Source: Octopus vulgaris
Lineage: Eukaryota
DNA length: 64,000 nucleotides
Assembly: GCA_951406725.2 (NCBI GenBank)
Contig: OX597817.1
Location: 54,932,001-54,996,000, forward strand
Reading direction: 5' to 3'
Position numbers and translations under genes: made by a program. Numbering within the stretch: position 1 is the stretch's first letter; each line of letters starts with the position of its first letter. The notes beneath the pieces are model-generated. The model saw nothing but the letters and a program-made list of their open reading frames with translations. It had not been told where the DNA came from and did not search any database. Below, in pieces: positions 30,100 to 42,210 of this stretch.

Positions 30100-30404
30100 G
30101 AGATCGTTTTTGATTATCGTCTACCAGAAGCATTAGATTTTTGAGGTTTTTTATATTACCATTAGAGTTTTGATCTTTTTCTTCGAAGAGACTGAGAGTT
30201 TTTAAATCGTAAGCAGATTTGGCCACAAAAACACTGGGTCCAACACCTGTGGGGAGATCCTTGACTCGGAACTTGGCTTCCCTCTGGATGTTGACCAGAT
30301 TGGCGTATTTTTTGTGGGCTTCCATACTACCTACAATTTGCACTGTGAGCTCAATCAAAATACAGGGATGGTGTAGCTTATCCAGCCTCAAACCACAATT
30401 CCTG
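30100..30404 (-). mobile_element. Hero/R2-group LINE fragment (RLE endonuclease C-terminus)
   Basis: ILIELTVQIVGSMEAHKKYANLVNIQREAKFRVKDLPTGVGPSVFVAKS resembles LIELTVPWE...EAHERKxxKYxxL...PxEVGxRGFVAKS. Confidence 0.65.
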
Positions 30405-30430
30405 GTATATATATATATATATATATATAT

Positions 30431-30650
30431 GTATTTCTTTATTGCCCATAAGGGGCTAAACATAATGGAGACAAACAAGGGCAGACAAAGGGATTAACTC
30501 GATTACATCAACCCCAGTGCGTAACTGGTACTTATTTAATTGATCCCGAAAGGATGAAAGGCAAAGTTGACCTCGTCGGAATTTGAACTCAGAACGTAAA
30601 GACAGACGAAATACCGTTAAGTATTTGTATTTCGTCCGGCGATTCTGCCA
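30431..30650 (-). mobile_element. SINE family A
   Basis: Reverse complement of the 1217-1454 type. Confidence 0.88.
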
Positions 30651-30865
30651 GGCACACACATATACACATATGCACACATCAACTGCAACACACCCGTTAG
30701 CCCACATATATACACATGTCAATACACATACTCACACATATACACATGTCCATAGGCAAACTCAAACACACACACACACTCACCCACACAGACGTACCCA
30801 CTCACCAACTTTCACACATACACACACACGCTTGCACACCTTAGTTCGTTGCACTTACAGTTACA

Positions 30866-30925
<60 letters not shown>

Positions 30926-31051
30926 ATCATCATCATCATCTCCCTCCATTCTGCCTCTTTTTCCAGTCATCTTGCGTTGTTGGACCGTTGAACTCAGCAC
31001 ATTTTCTCTTTCTCATTTTATTTCATTCTCTCTCCATTTTGTCCCTCTTAA

Positions 31052-31089
31052 TCTTTCTGTCGAAGAGCGTAGGTTTGAAACGTAAAAGA
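31052..31089 (+). ncRNA. Hammerhead-like motif (CUGUCGA variant), second copy of the 4727 family (element ~30985-31180)
   Basis: tcttt-CTGTCGA-A-GAGC-GTAG-GTTT-GAAACGTA-aaaga; downstream tail homologous to 4763-4845. Confidence 0.55.
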
Positions 31090-31614
31090 CTTATCTATTT
31101 TTCCCGAGCGTTAAACTAATACCTCTGCTTGTTGTCCCCACACCTCCCTTCGTCTTTTGTTTTCTGTAAATTTGAACTATTCATTGTGTGCTGTACTGTT
31201 TACACTATACACGGTGTCCGACTTAAGGTAGGCGACGTTACAAGCATCCAGTGCTTTGTATTTTTATAGTTTGTTGTCTATGCGCTCCATTGAATGTCCG
31301 CTGGTATCTATTGCGAAAATGTTAGGTTAATTCTTCTAATTTGGACGATTGAAGTGTTCGTGTCGCCTTGGTGTGATATCTAAGAAAACCATACGGTTTA
31401 GAGTAGACATAGCGTTCAGTTACTGGAGGCGATGATACGACCCTTTCCTACAGCTCTTTCCGACTACACACACGCGTACACATTGGTGTGTGCATGTATA
31501 TGTGTTTGTGCGTGGATGTGTGTGTATACATACATTCATACATACAATATATATATATATATATACATATGTACATACATGCACAAATATATGTATGCAT
31601 CCATACATAGATAT

Positions 31615-31689
<75 letters not shown>

Positions 31690-31767
31690 CATATATATAT
31701 ATACATACATATATATATATTATACATATCTATATATACATACATACATACATATATATACATATGC

Positions 31768-31804
<37 letters not shown>

Positions 31805-32152
31805 GGGACAATATTAGATTAGAAGGGAACGCGTGTAGATATTTGACCGCCGTCCATGATTCCGAATTGACATTATCGATCCTGAATGAAAATGGAAGGG
31901 GGTGTTAGATCACCCGAGGATATTTGATCTGAGAGAACATTGAAGGGGGCGGGTGGGGCGGGGTAGTGGTCTGTTTTAAGGTATAAGTCATTAAATCTGG
32001 CACTTGACCGATTCTGTCAACTGACTGCACTCTTGATTTTAATATTAATATTGCCGTGCGTCGACATTCTTCGTTCAATCAACCACTTAATGAAGAAAGA
32101 ATCTACAATTTTGAAGCATTTGCTACAGAATTCGTTATTGTGGAGAAAGAGA

Positions 32153-32192
<40 letters not shown>

Positions 32193-32832
32193 TTCAGAGA
32201 CAGGTTGGGGTAAGTGAGTGAGATTCTGGTTGAGTGCCATTAGATCGAGAACATGTGAAAGTTGGTGGATGGGTATAATATGTAAAGAGGCTGCATCGGT
32301 GATGGTGGTGGTGGTTGTTGTGGTGGTGGTGAAAGTGGTGAAGGTGGTGGTGGCTGTGGTGGTGGTGGAGGTGGTGGTTGTGGTTGTGGTGGAGGTGGTG
32401 GTGGTGGTGGTGGTGGTGGCGGCGGTGGTTGTGGTGGTGGAGGTGGCGCTGGCGGTTGAGTTGATGGTTTAGCAATTAGGACCAATAAGCGATTTCGCAA
32501 TTTCTAAAGTTACTGGAGTTGATTTATAAAGGAAAAAAAAATACATATATTATAGCAGTAATCTGCTTAAGTGTGAATAAAATCTGAAGGTTTGATGGTT
32601 TGATTTGTAATTACGTGACAGACAACTAAAATGAGGAAACCCGTATGTGGTTGATCTATCCGCTTGTTATAACAACTCATCTCCCTCAATTTCACACCCA
32701 CCCGTCTTAAAATAAGATTTAAAAAAGAGAAAGTATTCGAATAACCATCCACAGTTAAAGAATGCTTACAATCAAAGGAGAACGAAAGACGTGATAATCA
32801 TGGCTGGAACGTCAATCACTAGCAACAATATA

Positions 32833-33243
32833 TTTATCTCTTTATTGCCCACAGGGGGCTAAGCATAGAGGGAATAAACAAGGACCGGCAAAGGGACTAA
32901 GTCGATTACATCGACCCCAGTGCGTAACGGGTACTTATTTAATCGACCCCGAAAGGATGAAATGCAAAGTCAACCTCGGTGGAATTTGAACTTTAGAACG
33001 TAACGGCAGACGAAATACCTATTTCTTTACAAACCACAAGGGGCTAAATACAGAGGAGACAAACAAGGACAGACAAACGGATTAAGTCGATTATATCGAC
33101 CCCAGTGCGTAACTGGTACTTATTTAATCGAACCCGAAAGGATGAAAGGCAAAGTCGACCTCGGCTGAATTTGAACTCACAACGTAGCGGAAGACGAAAT
33201 ACCGCTAAGCATTTCGCCCGGCGTGCTAACGATTCTGCTAGCT
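32833..33243 (-). mobile_element. SINE family A tandem dimer
   Basis: Two ~185-bp units joined at GACGAAATACCTATTTCTTT. Confidence 0.9.
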
Positions 33244-34129
33244 GACAAAGTCTACTGAGATTTTATTGACGTCTTGTAGGATTTTTTGACAGTAAAAATA
33301 TTCTGATCTGTATGTCCACGCATACAGTAGTTTATAGATCCACAGGAATATGCAAGCGACGCATTATAGAATAGCATTCTCTATTTAAAAAGCAGAGCAG
33401 ATAAATAAAGCTGGCTCAGCAAATGAGTAGAACATCATAGTTACATTAATTCTTCAATTCTAAGCATTCGTAGAAGCATGATGTCCTAGTATGATTTCTT
33501 CTAATTATAATTATTGAATTCTTATTGTGTGGAAGGAGCTCGTTTCTAGAAAAGAAGAGGCAAAGCTACATTGTGACAATGTTTGTAATTGAAACAAATG
33601 CACTGTTTAACCTAGAAAAAAGGCTTGCATAACTTTACTCTTCCACTTACAAAAAGGATAGGAAACGTGTGAGTTAGAATGTATGTATGTATATATAGAA
33701 GTCGGTTCGACGTTTATGGGACACAACGTATCTTAACTCGATTTCATTTGAGACATGGCCGACGAGGGTCTAAGGGTTTATCGGCAAAACTTAAATTTAA
33801 AATGGCGTTCAGGCATTTCTGGGAATCATATCATTGCTCAAATTATAATACACAATCTCGATCATGAGTGGGTACGCACCGTGTATATGCATACGCATGC
33901 TCACCTTATATACATTTATGCATGTTTATGTATGTATGTAAGTATTATGTATATATATATATATACATACATGTATATACATGCAAATATACATACATGT
34001 ATGCATCTATCTATCTAACTCTCTATCTGTCTATCTGTCTCTCTGTCAGTCTCTCTTTATCTATCTAAACTCTAAGTATCTCTCTCCCACTCCCTCTCTC
34101 TCTCTCGATATATATATATATATATATAT

Positions 34130-34260
<131 letters not shown>

Positions 34261-34273
34261 GTATGTATGTATG

Positions 34274-34312
<39 letters not shown>

Positions 34313-34855
34313 GTATATATATAAACATATATATACATACGTATACTATCAAACTATAACAATGGTTAATTATAGCTTTACAAAATGTTCAGAATCAGTT
34401 ATCAGTGGTAGACTTCAAAGATAACTGAGATAGGAAAACTACGGAGAAAGTTGTTACACAGATGCTTGTGCGCGCGCAAAAACACACACACGCACGCACA
34501 ACACACATAGACACATATATATATATCCACACACATATATATCTACATTTATATACACGTATTTATATGTGTGTGTTTATGAATATAAGTCTGTATACGT
34601 ATATACGTATAATATATATATATACAGACATATACATATATTATAGTTTCATTGTCTAAAGGACAATATCTACTTTTATTTTGTTAGTCTGTTGCTAAGG
34701 TGTAATTATTTTAACACTGTTCAAAACTAATATACTTCAGAATGGTGACCGATATATATTTAGAGACATTAATCACTACGTCCCTCGTGTGTATGTCTGT
34801 GTATGTATATATATATATATACATACATATAATAACATAAATATATATATGTATG

Positions 34856-34915
<60 letters not shown>

Positions 34916-34992
34916 CATATATATATATATACATATATACATATGTGTCTATATATGTAGGTGGGTATATATAACTATATCTAGCGATATAC

Positions 34993-35025
<33 letters not shown>

Positions 35026-35143
35026 ATTATGTATGTATATATATATATGCATATATTCATATAGGTATATATTTGCACATATATATATATGTATTTATAT
35101 ATGCATATTTATACATGTAAAAGTGTCTATACGCATATATATA

Positions 35144-35194
<51 letters not shown>

Positions 35195-35629
35195 GTATGT
35201 ATATATATATACACATATGTATGTATTTATAAAAAAGCGCCCAAGCTAAGATAAGATTTAGTGTGAAAAATCTTTTCCACACCTCATAGTTCAACGTATG
35301 AAGCAGGGTTCTGAAAGTAAAACCCATCCATCACTCGGTTACCGTGCAAGGGTTTCAGTCTTTCCGAAAAATAGTTGTCGTGAAGGAACTTTCAATGTTG
35401 TTCGTACAATCCGTTAAATATTTTAGAGTTCTAAACTGGAGTGCTGATCTGTAGAATATTCCCTTCGCATTATTTTTGTAAAGAAAACTTTGGTTTCGGA
35501 AATAAAATGAGGTCCGGTGGAAACAGATAAAACCTGTATTCATTGACTAAAAAAAAAAAAGATGTCTAAAGGAATATAGATTTAAACATCTCCGTAGTTC
35601 TATCGAAATTATGTCATCGCTTCTCAACT

Positions 35630-35742
35630 ACATGCTTCCGGGTTCAGTCTCACTGCGTTGCATCTTGGACACATGTCTTCTACAATACCCCTGAGCCGAT
35701 CAAAGACTTGGGTGGATTTAGTTGACAGGAACGGAAAGACGC
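35630..35742 (+). mobile_element. Degenerate SINE family B head
   Basis: TTCCGGGTTCAGTCTCACTGCGTTGCATCTTGGACACATGTCTTCTAC. Confidence 0.65.
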
Positions 35743-35759
35743 TAACTGTATTCCTTATT

Positions 35760-35880
35760 TTTTTATTCACGAACCCTTTTGATTGAAATTTTCCCTTTTT
35801 TTATTTCATTTTCCAAAAGAAAAGCTCTACATTTGTATTTGTCCCCTCTGTGTTCAGCCTTGGGTGGCCAATAAAGAAAT
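35760..35880 (+). mobile_element. 3' tail of a Tx1/L1-like LINE or family A tail
   Basis: TTTGTCCCCTCTGTGTTCAGCCTTGGGTGGCCAATAAAGAAAT, matching the SINE A tail and the LINE tail at 37937. Confidence 0.55.
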
Positions 35881-35887
35881 TTTTTTG

Positions 35888-36030
<143 letters not shown>

Positions 36031-36035
36031 GTATG

Positions 36036-36110
<75 letters not shown>

Positions 36111-36912
36111 CTTTCTTGTGTATATGTTTATCCATATTCTTTCGCTCTCTCTCTCGCTCACACACTTATATTTTAGCGTATGTGTGTGTGTCTTTGTATG
36201 TGCATGTGTGTGTCTTTTTAATCGTACATATGCTCATTTTCTAACTTAATTGTTATCAACTTTACCGGGTATTTTAACGAAATATGAATATGAATGTAGC
36301 AGCTGTACATTATCGATATAACAGGACGGAAAGAACATATATTTAAATCTACTGCACATATTTCATTATCCCACTATCCGTACATTTCATTATATGTTTG
36401 AATAGTCCAGTTAATTCAGATTGCTTCAGTTCTGCTAATCATCATCAATTCCTAACAAACGTTGTATGCATGTTTACCGAGGTCTGCTCACGATTTATTC
36501 CGGAAGTTAATTATCTATTAACATATTCACGTCATGAAACTGCAACTATAAATTGTATTTTATGAATTGTTTCGAGTTTCTAAGGATTTACGATTGGACA
36601 ATGGCTTCTCGTTATAACTGGTCTTCTGGAAATGAAAACCAGGTAGCGTGTTTAGGATGTGACTGTGCTAACTGCATTTTTGGTGTGAATATAATAGCAG
36701 TGGATCCTAATTTTATTTACGGTTCTTCAGTGACATTACGTAAGGGATATAGTTATGTTTTATGTATTGATATGATAATTGTAATAAAGACATCTCCTTA
36801 CCATATTGACTTCTAAAACGAACATAACATATATGGACACACGAGCTCCTGGAAACAGCAATCAAGTAGCTGTACTGGAAAAGAAGGAAAATATCGCAAT
36901 ATCGTATAATAT

Positions 36913-37172
36913 CACCGTGATCACCGTGACCGACAAGGCTATCAGATGTTGCTACACATCGCTGGTCACAATGCGCTTCGCATTGTTTTAGCCTTCAAAT
37001 GACGACACCTTGCTGGCTAAGCGAGCAGGCCACCGCCCCCTGCCGAAGTCTCGTGGAGCTTTAAGTGTTTTCGCTCAATAAACACTCACAACGCCCTGTC
37101 TGGGAATCGAAACCGCGATCCTACGACCGCGAGTCCGCTGCCCTAATCACTAGACCCTTGTGCCTCCACATT
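36913..37172 (-). mobile_element. tRNA-derived SINE (family D head, tail type 2)
   Basis: Head homologous to 717-1022 (GCAGCGGACTCGCGGTCG...GTTTCGATTCCC). The tail differs and ends (CACGGTGAT)2. TSD GTATAATAT at 36904-36912 and 37173-37181. Confidence 0.88.
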
Positions 37173-37270
37173 GTATAATATAGCGACAATAATTGCTAGG
37201 GTAACTTGTTTTCAAAGTAACGCTGGAGAAATATTATCTTTGACAATATATGTATGTATATATGCATATA

Positions 37271-37461
37271 TACTCTTTTACTTGTTTCAGTCATTTGACT
37301 GTGGCCATGCTGGAGCACTGCCTTTTGCCGAGCAAATCGACTGCAAGTCTTTGTAAGCCTAGTACTTATTCTATCGGATCCTTTTGCCAAACCGCTAAGT
37401 TACGGGCACGTAAACACACCAGCATCGGTTGTCAAGCGATTCTGGGGGCCCAGACACTCAA

Positions 37462-37542
<81 letters not shown>

Positions 37543-37657
37543 CGACGGGCTTCCTTCAGTTTCCGTCTACGAAATCCACTCACAAGGATTTGGTGGGCCT
37601 GAGGCAATAGTAGAAGACACTTGCCCAAGGTGCCACGCAGTGGGACTGAACCCGGAA
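37271..37657 (-). mobile_element. SINE family B, 5'-truncated
   Basis: Matches 7495-7872. Confidence 0.9.
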
Positions 37658-37882
37658 TCTAATATACTGGTACATTTAAGGGCCTGGATCATCCTTTGTA
37701 TTGTATTTTCGCCGAGAAAGATGGAGAAATGAAGTCGGCAACATTTCTTCACAAACTCGACATTTGTGCACACTTAATTAATGCTCATGGCCATATGGCG
37801 TAGTGGTTAAGAGCGGGGGCTACCTACCCCAACATTTCGAGTTCGATTCCAGGCAGTGACCTGAATAATAATAATAATGACA

Positions 37883-37917
<35 letters not shown>

Positions 37918-37936
37918 AATAATAATAATAATAATA

Positions 37937-38555
37937 AATTCTTTTATTGGCTACAAGGGCTGACAAACATGATTGGAAAACCTAAAAGGGACAAAACAGG
38001 ACGAAATGTTACAAAAGGTTTTGTCCGTTTTTCGAAAGAAAAAAGTCCATGTAAACAAGCTATATAACAACGAAAAAAATTCAACAATTTACAAAACTCC
38101 CAGTAAAGGAGACGCTTCGAAAAAAAGAAAAGGTCTCACGTGGAAAAAACCATAAAAGCCACGGGAGCCTAGTCAAAAGTGGGGCAGAAAGACCCTTTCT
38201 CCTTTTATAATACCTTTTTCAATTACAGGCGAAACCTCAGAATTGGTCCATTTATACTGGCCATTCTTGCACAATTCACCCACCTTTCAGAAAACTTGCC
38301 ATCAGACAGCACTCTCCTCTCTAACCTCATATTCCTTTTCAAGTGAAACTTGAAAAAGTTGATGAGGTATTGACCAAAGAGGAAAGTGTCTGACTTTAAC
38401 TCTTTCAAACGGGTCCACCATACAACCTCTTTCGCCACAGCCACTAGGCAAAGGAAAACTGCCTTGCTCTCCCTGTTAAAGGAGGTCGGCGGGGCAATCC
38501 TCACTATGGATTCAGCTAGTAGCCGGATCCGTCGTATACGCGACAGTAGCTGTTC
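37937..38555 (-). mobile_element. Tx1/L1-like LINE 3' fragment nested in the (AAT)n of the composite element
   Basis: ORF 38223-38504 (LVAVAKEVVWWTRLK...ERRVL...FSERW) resembles an L1/Tx1 ORF2 C-terminus. Pyrimidine-rich 3' UTR ending GCCAATAAAAGAA. Confidence 0.7.
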
Positions 38556-38643
38556 GACATAAATATAATAATAACAATAATAATAATAATAATAATAGTA
38601 TCGTCGAAAAATACCTTAGGAGTGAGAACCCAGGTTTCCCTAA

Positions 38644-38689
38644 GACACCTGATGAAGGCTGCAGGGTATATCAGCCGAAATGTTGTGTT
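38644..38689 (+). ncRNA. Minimal type I hammerhead ribozyme
   Basis: gacac-CTGATGA-A-GGCTG-cagggtatat-CAGCC-GAAATGTT-gtgtt: intact CUGAUGA/GAAA core, 5-bp helix I and II. Predicted cleavage after GUU (38684). Helix III is ACGT in the sister copy. Confidence 0.8.
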
Positions 38690-38904
38690 AACAACAAACA
38701 AGACGAGGACAAATATACGTCAAATGTAAATAATGCAAATAATGCATTTAATTAATGTTTGCCAGTCCTATGAGACACGTGTAAATTATATAAAGCATTA
38801 ATGACGATTATGGTTTTAATGTTCCATTGTTCTTTATATATATATACACACATAAATTTTAGTAACGTGTTGCAACTTCCGGCTCATCTTTTCACGTCTC
38901 CCCT

Positions 38905-38951
<47 letters not shown>

Positions 38952-39014
38952 ATGTGTGTACATTTATATATGTATGGTATTAGTGGACGCTCAGGAAAGA
39001 TGGAAAGGATGAGG

Positions 39015-39049
39015 GTTTAACGTTTCAAGCGGAGCTCTTCATCAGAAAC
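39015..39049 (-). ncRNA. Minimal type I hammerhead ribozyme in a short PLE-like element (~38985-39120)
   Basis: gttt-CTGATGA-A-GAGC-TCC-GCTT-GAAACGTT-aaac; intact core, palindromic ACGT helix III. Confidence 0.75.
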
Positions 39050-39115
39050 ATAGGAAAAGGAAAGATCCAAACAAGGGAAGACGGAGGAAAAAATCGCCAA
39101 CGGTACACACGCGGC

Positions 39116-39153
<38 letters not shown>

Positions 39154-39349
39154 CATAGCGAGGAAAAGAGAGATAGGAAGAAAGGAAGAGAGAGAGAAGG
39201 ACAGGAAGAGGGACAGAGAAATGTGTGCAATATTTCTATTTTTCTTCAACTATTGTCCCAAATTTCATACTCCTCCACCTACTGCCACTACAACCACCAT
39301 CACAACCGCCACCACTACAACCACCATCACAACCACCACCACCACAACC

Positions 39350-39383
<34 letters not shown>

Positions 39384-39712
39384 TATTTTGTAGATTCCCT
39401 TCCTGTATAGATAGATTTATGTCATTGGGCAAACGAAATCAATCTGCGGGATTATTCCGGTCTTAACAGGGAGAGAAAAAAAAAGAATTATATCAAGGAT
39501 AATGCAGATCTGTGGGGGGGGGGTTGATGGATGGGAGAGGGGGTGAGAATAACACTACCAACAATAAAACACACACATACACACACACACCGATATGTAT
39601 ATATGCTCACACGTACACTCACACACATGCATACCTACACACACATATATCTATACATGCATTCATAGGTGCATATATACATACAAATAAATATATATAT
39701 GTATATATATAG

Positions 39713-39757
<45 letters not shown>

Positions 39758-39788
39758 TCATATAAGTATATATGATAAGTATATATAC

Positions 39789-39836
<48 letters not shown>

Positions 39837-39939
39837 ATATATATATACATACACACACATATATATAGATATATACATATACAAACAGATAGGAAACAGA
39901 TAAACACAAACATGTAATCACAATACTTCGTGTGAAATG

Positions 39940-40160
39940 ATAATAATAATAATAATAATGATAACAACAACAGCAAAAATAACTACTACTACTACTACTA
40001 CTACTACTGCTGTTGCTGCTGCTGCTACTGCTGCTGCTGCTACATCATTATTATGAAGAAGATTATGCTGAAAAATGAAAATTTAGAAGAATTCTGAGAA
40101 GGATGATTAATGACAGCAGCAATCGTACCACTGCAGCTACTACTACTACTACTACTACTG

Positions 40161-40205
<45 letters not shown>

Positions 40206-40295
40206 TTACTACTACTACTACGGCAGCTACTACTATTACTTCTACTACTACTCCTATCAATAATAATTACAATAACAATAATAATAATAATAATG

Positions 40296-40335
<40 letters not shown>

Positions 40336-40444
40336 TAATAATAATAATAATAATAATAGTAATAATAATAATGATAATAATAGTAATAATAATAATAAAC
40401 GTAGTAGTAGTAGTAACAACAACAACAATAAAAATAATGATGAT

Positions 40445-40523
<79 letters not shown>

Positions 40524-40525
40524 GT
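39940..40525. repeat. Trinucleotide microsatellite mosaic (AAT/ACT/AAC/GCT)
   Basis: Visible directly. Confidence 0.93.
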
Positions 40526-40624
40526 GGTGGTAATGAAAATATTATTTTACAAATCGATAAGTGTCCAGGAAAAATAGTAATAAAAAAAACACAGAGATAG
40601 TGTACAAACATTAATAATACAGAA

Positions 40625-40673
<49 letters not shown>

Positions 40674-41173
40674 CAAACTTGAAATGAAATCACCATACAA
40701 AAGATACGGATACAAAAACATATGTAAAATAAGAATATATATGCATAAAAAACATTCACAAAAACACACGCACACATTCACATATGCACAGACACACATG
40801 CACGCATAAGGAGTTTGTGGTTCCTTGATTTCCTGAAAGACAAAATATAAAATGCTGGAACCCTTCTTGGAGAAGAACATTTGGAGATGGTGTCGATTGG
40901 ACGAAATTACAAGAATACCGCCATGTCTATTTTTATAAAGCAATTCCGATTTTTGATTGAATAGAATGATAAGTATAATTTTTTGTTTTGTTTTGGGAGG
41001 TTTTTATTTTCTCTCCTGACCATTTATTGTTTTGATTTGTTTTTTTTTTGTTTTTTTTGTGTTTTATAGCATTTATTGGGATTTTTATAGTTTTGCGGTT
41101 TTGGTTCCCGAGCCAATGCGATGTGTTCTGTTAGAGTTTGTTTGCTTTTTATTGTTCATGCTGTTGGTAAGAA

Positions 41174-41890
41174 ATCATCATCACAAATCATCGCCGTCGT
41201 CACCGTCTTCGTCGTCATCGGCATCATCATCATCATCATCTCTACCGTCGCCATTACCATCTTCATCATAATCATCCTCGTCACCAACATCACTACCATC
41301 ATGCAGCATCACCAACACTACAGCCACCACCATCATCATCATCATCATCATATCATCATCGTCATGATATCATCATCATCATCACTACTATCATCCCCAT
41401 CATCACTACTATCATCCCCATCATCATCAAAATCATCATCATCATCATCACCATCATCATCAACATCATCATCATCATCACCACGACCATCTTCATCAGC
41501 ATCATCATATCATCATCGTCATCATATCATCATCATTATCATCATCATATCATCATCGTCATCATATCATCATCATTATCATCATCATCATCAGCATCAT
41601 CATTATCATCATCACCATCATCATCATCATCATCATCATCATTATCATCATCATCATCATCATCATCATCGCCATCATCATCATTATCATAACTGTCATC
41701 ATCATCATGACCAACATCATCATTATCATCATTGTTATCGTTGTTGTTGTTGTTGTTGCTGCTGTCGTTGATGTTCATGATGATTACCAACATCGTTATC
41801 ATTATCATCATCATGAATTTTATTATTATTTTTGTTGTTGTTGTCGTCGTCGTCCTCCTTGCCGTCGTTGTAGTCGTTGTTGTTGTTATT
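41174..41890. repeat. Degenerate (CAT)n/(GTT)n low-complexity tract
   Basis: Visible directly. Confidence 0.9.
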
Positions 41891-41994
41891 GGTATTCCAT
41901 CATTTTAATGTCAGTAAGGTTGCAACATTCGATACCAAATATTCAGACTTGGATGTTTTTCACCGGCGGAAATAAAATTTATTCGGACGCACAT

Positions 41995-42076
<82 letters not shown>

Positions 42077-42210
42077 ATACACACATATATACACACGTAC
42101 AAGCACAGACATATACTAGTACGCATATGCATCTTACATACAGGCATACACAAACACATACGCACGCATAATGTCTTGTTTTATAGGCTGGAATAATTGA
42201 ATAAACTAAA

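Larger units (their letters stand above)
37784..38747 (+). mobile_element. tRNA-head/(AAT)n/hammerhead composite retroelement, interrupted by a LINE
   Basis: A box TGGCGTAGTGG (37796-37806), B box GAGTTCGATTCC (37839-37850), (AAT/GAT)n, hammerhead 38644-38689, tail (TGTAAATAA)-like repeats. TSD TTAATTAATG at 37774-37783 and 38748-38757. Confidence 0.88.

Noticed and set aside
32240-32500. Poly-proline ORF resembling a formin FH1/extensin region
   Set aside because: Degenerate (GGT)n repeat, open in several frames, with no flanking domain or splice evidence.
37789-37860. tRNA gene (also 950-1022, 15210-15278, 37095-37170)
   Set aside because: A/B boxes are present but there is no complete acceptor stem. 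Each continues into a SINE body bounded by TSDs.
40790-40845. Strong minus-strand splice acceptor (TTTTGTCTTTCAG/GAAATC)
   Set aside because: No good downstream donor or recognisable peptide; the sequence runs into low-complexity repeats.
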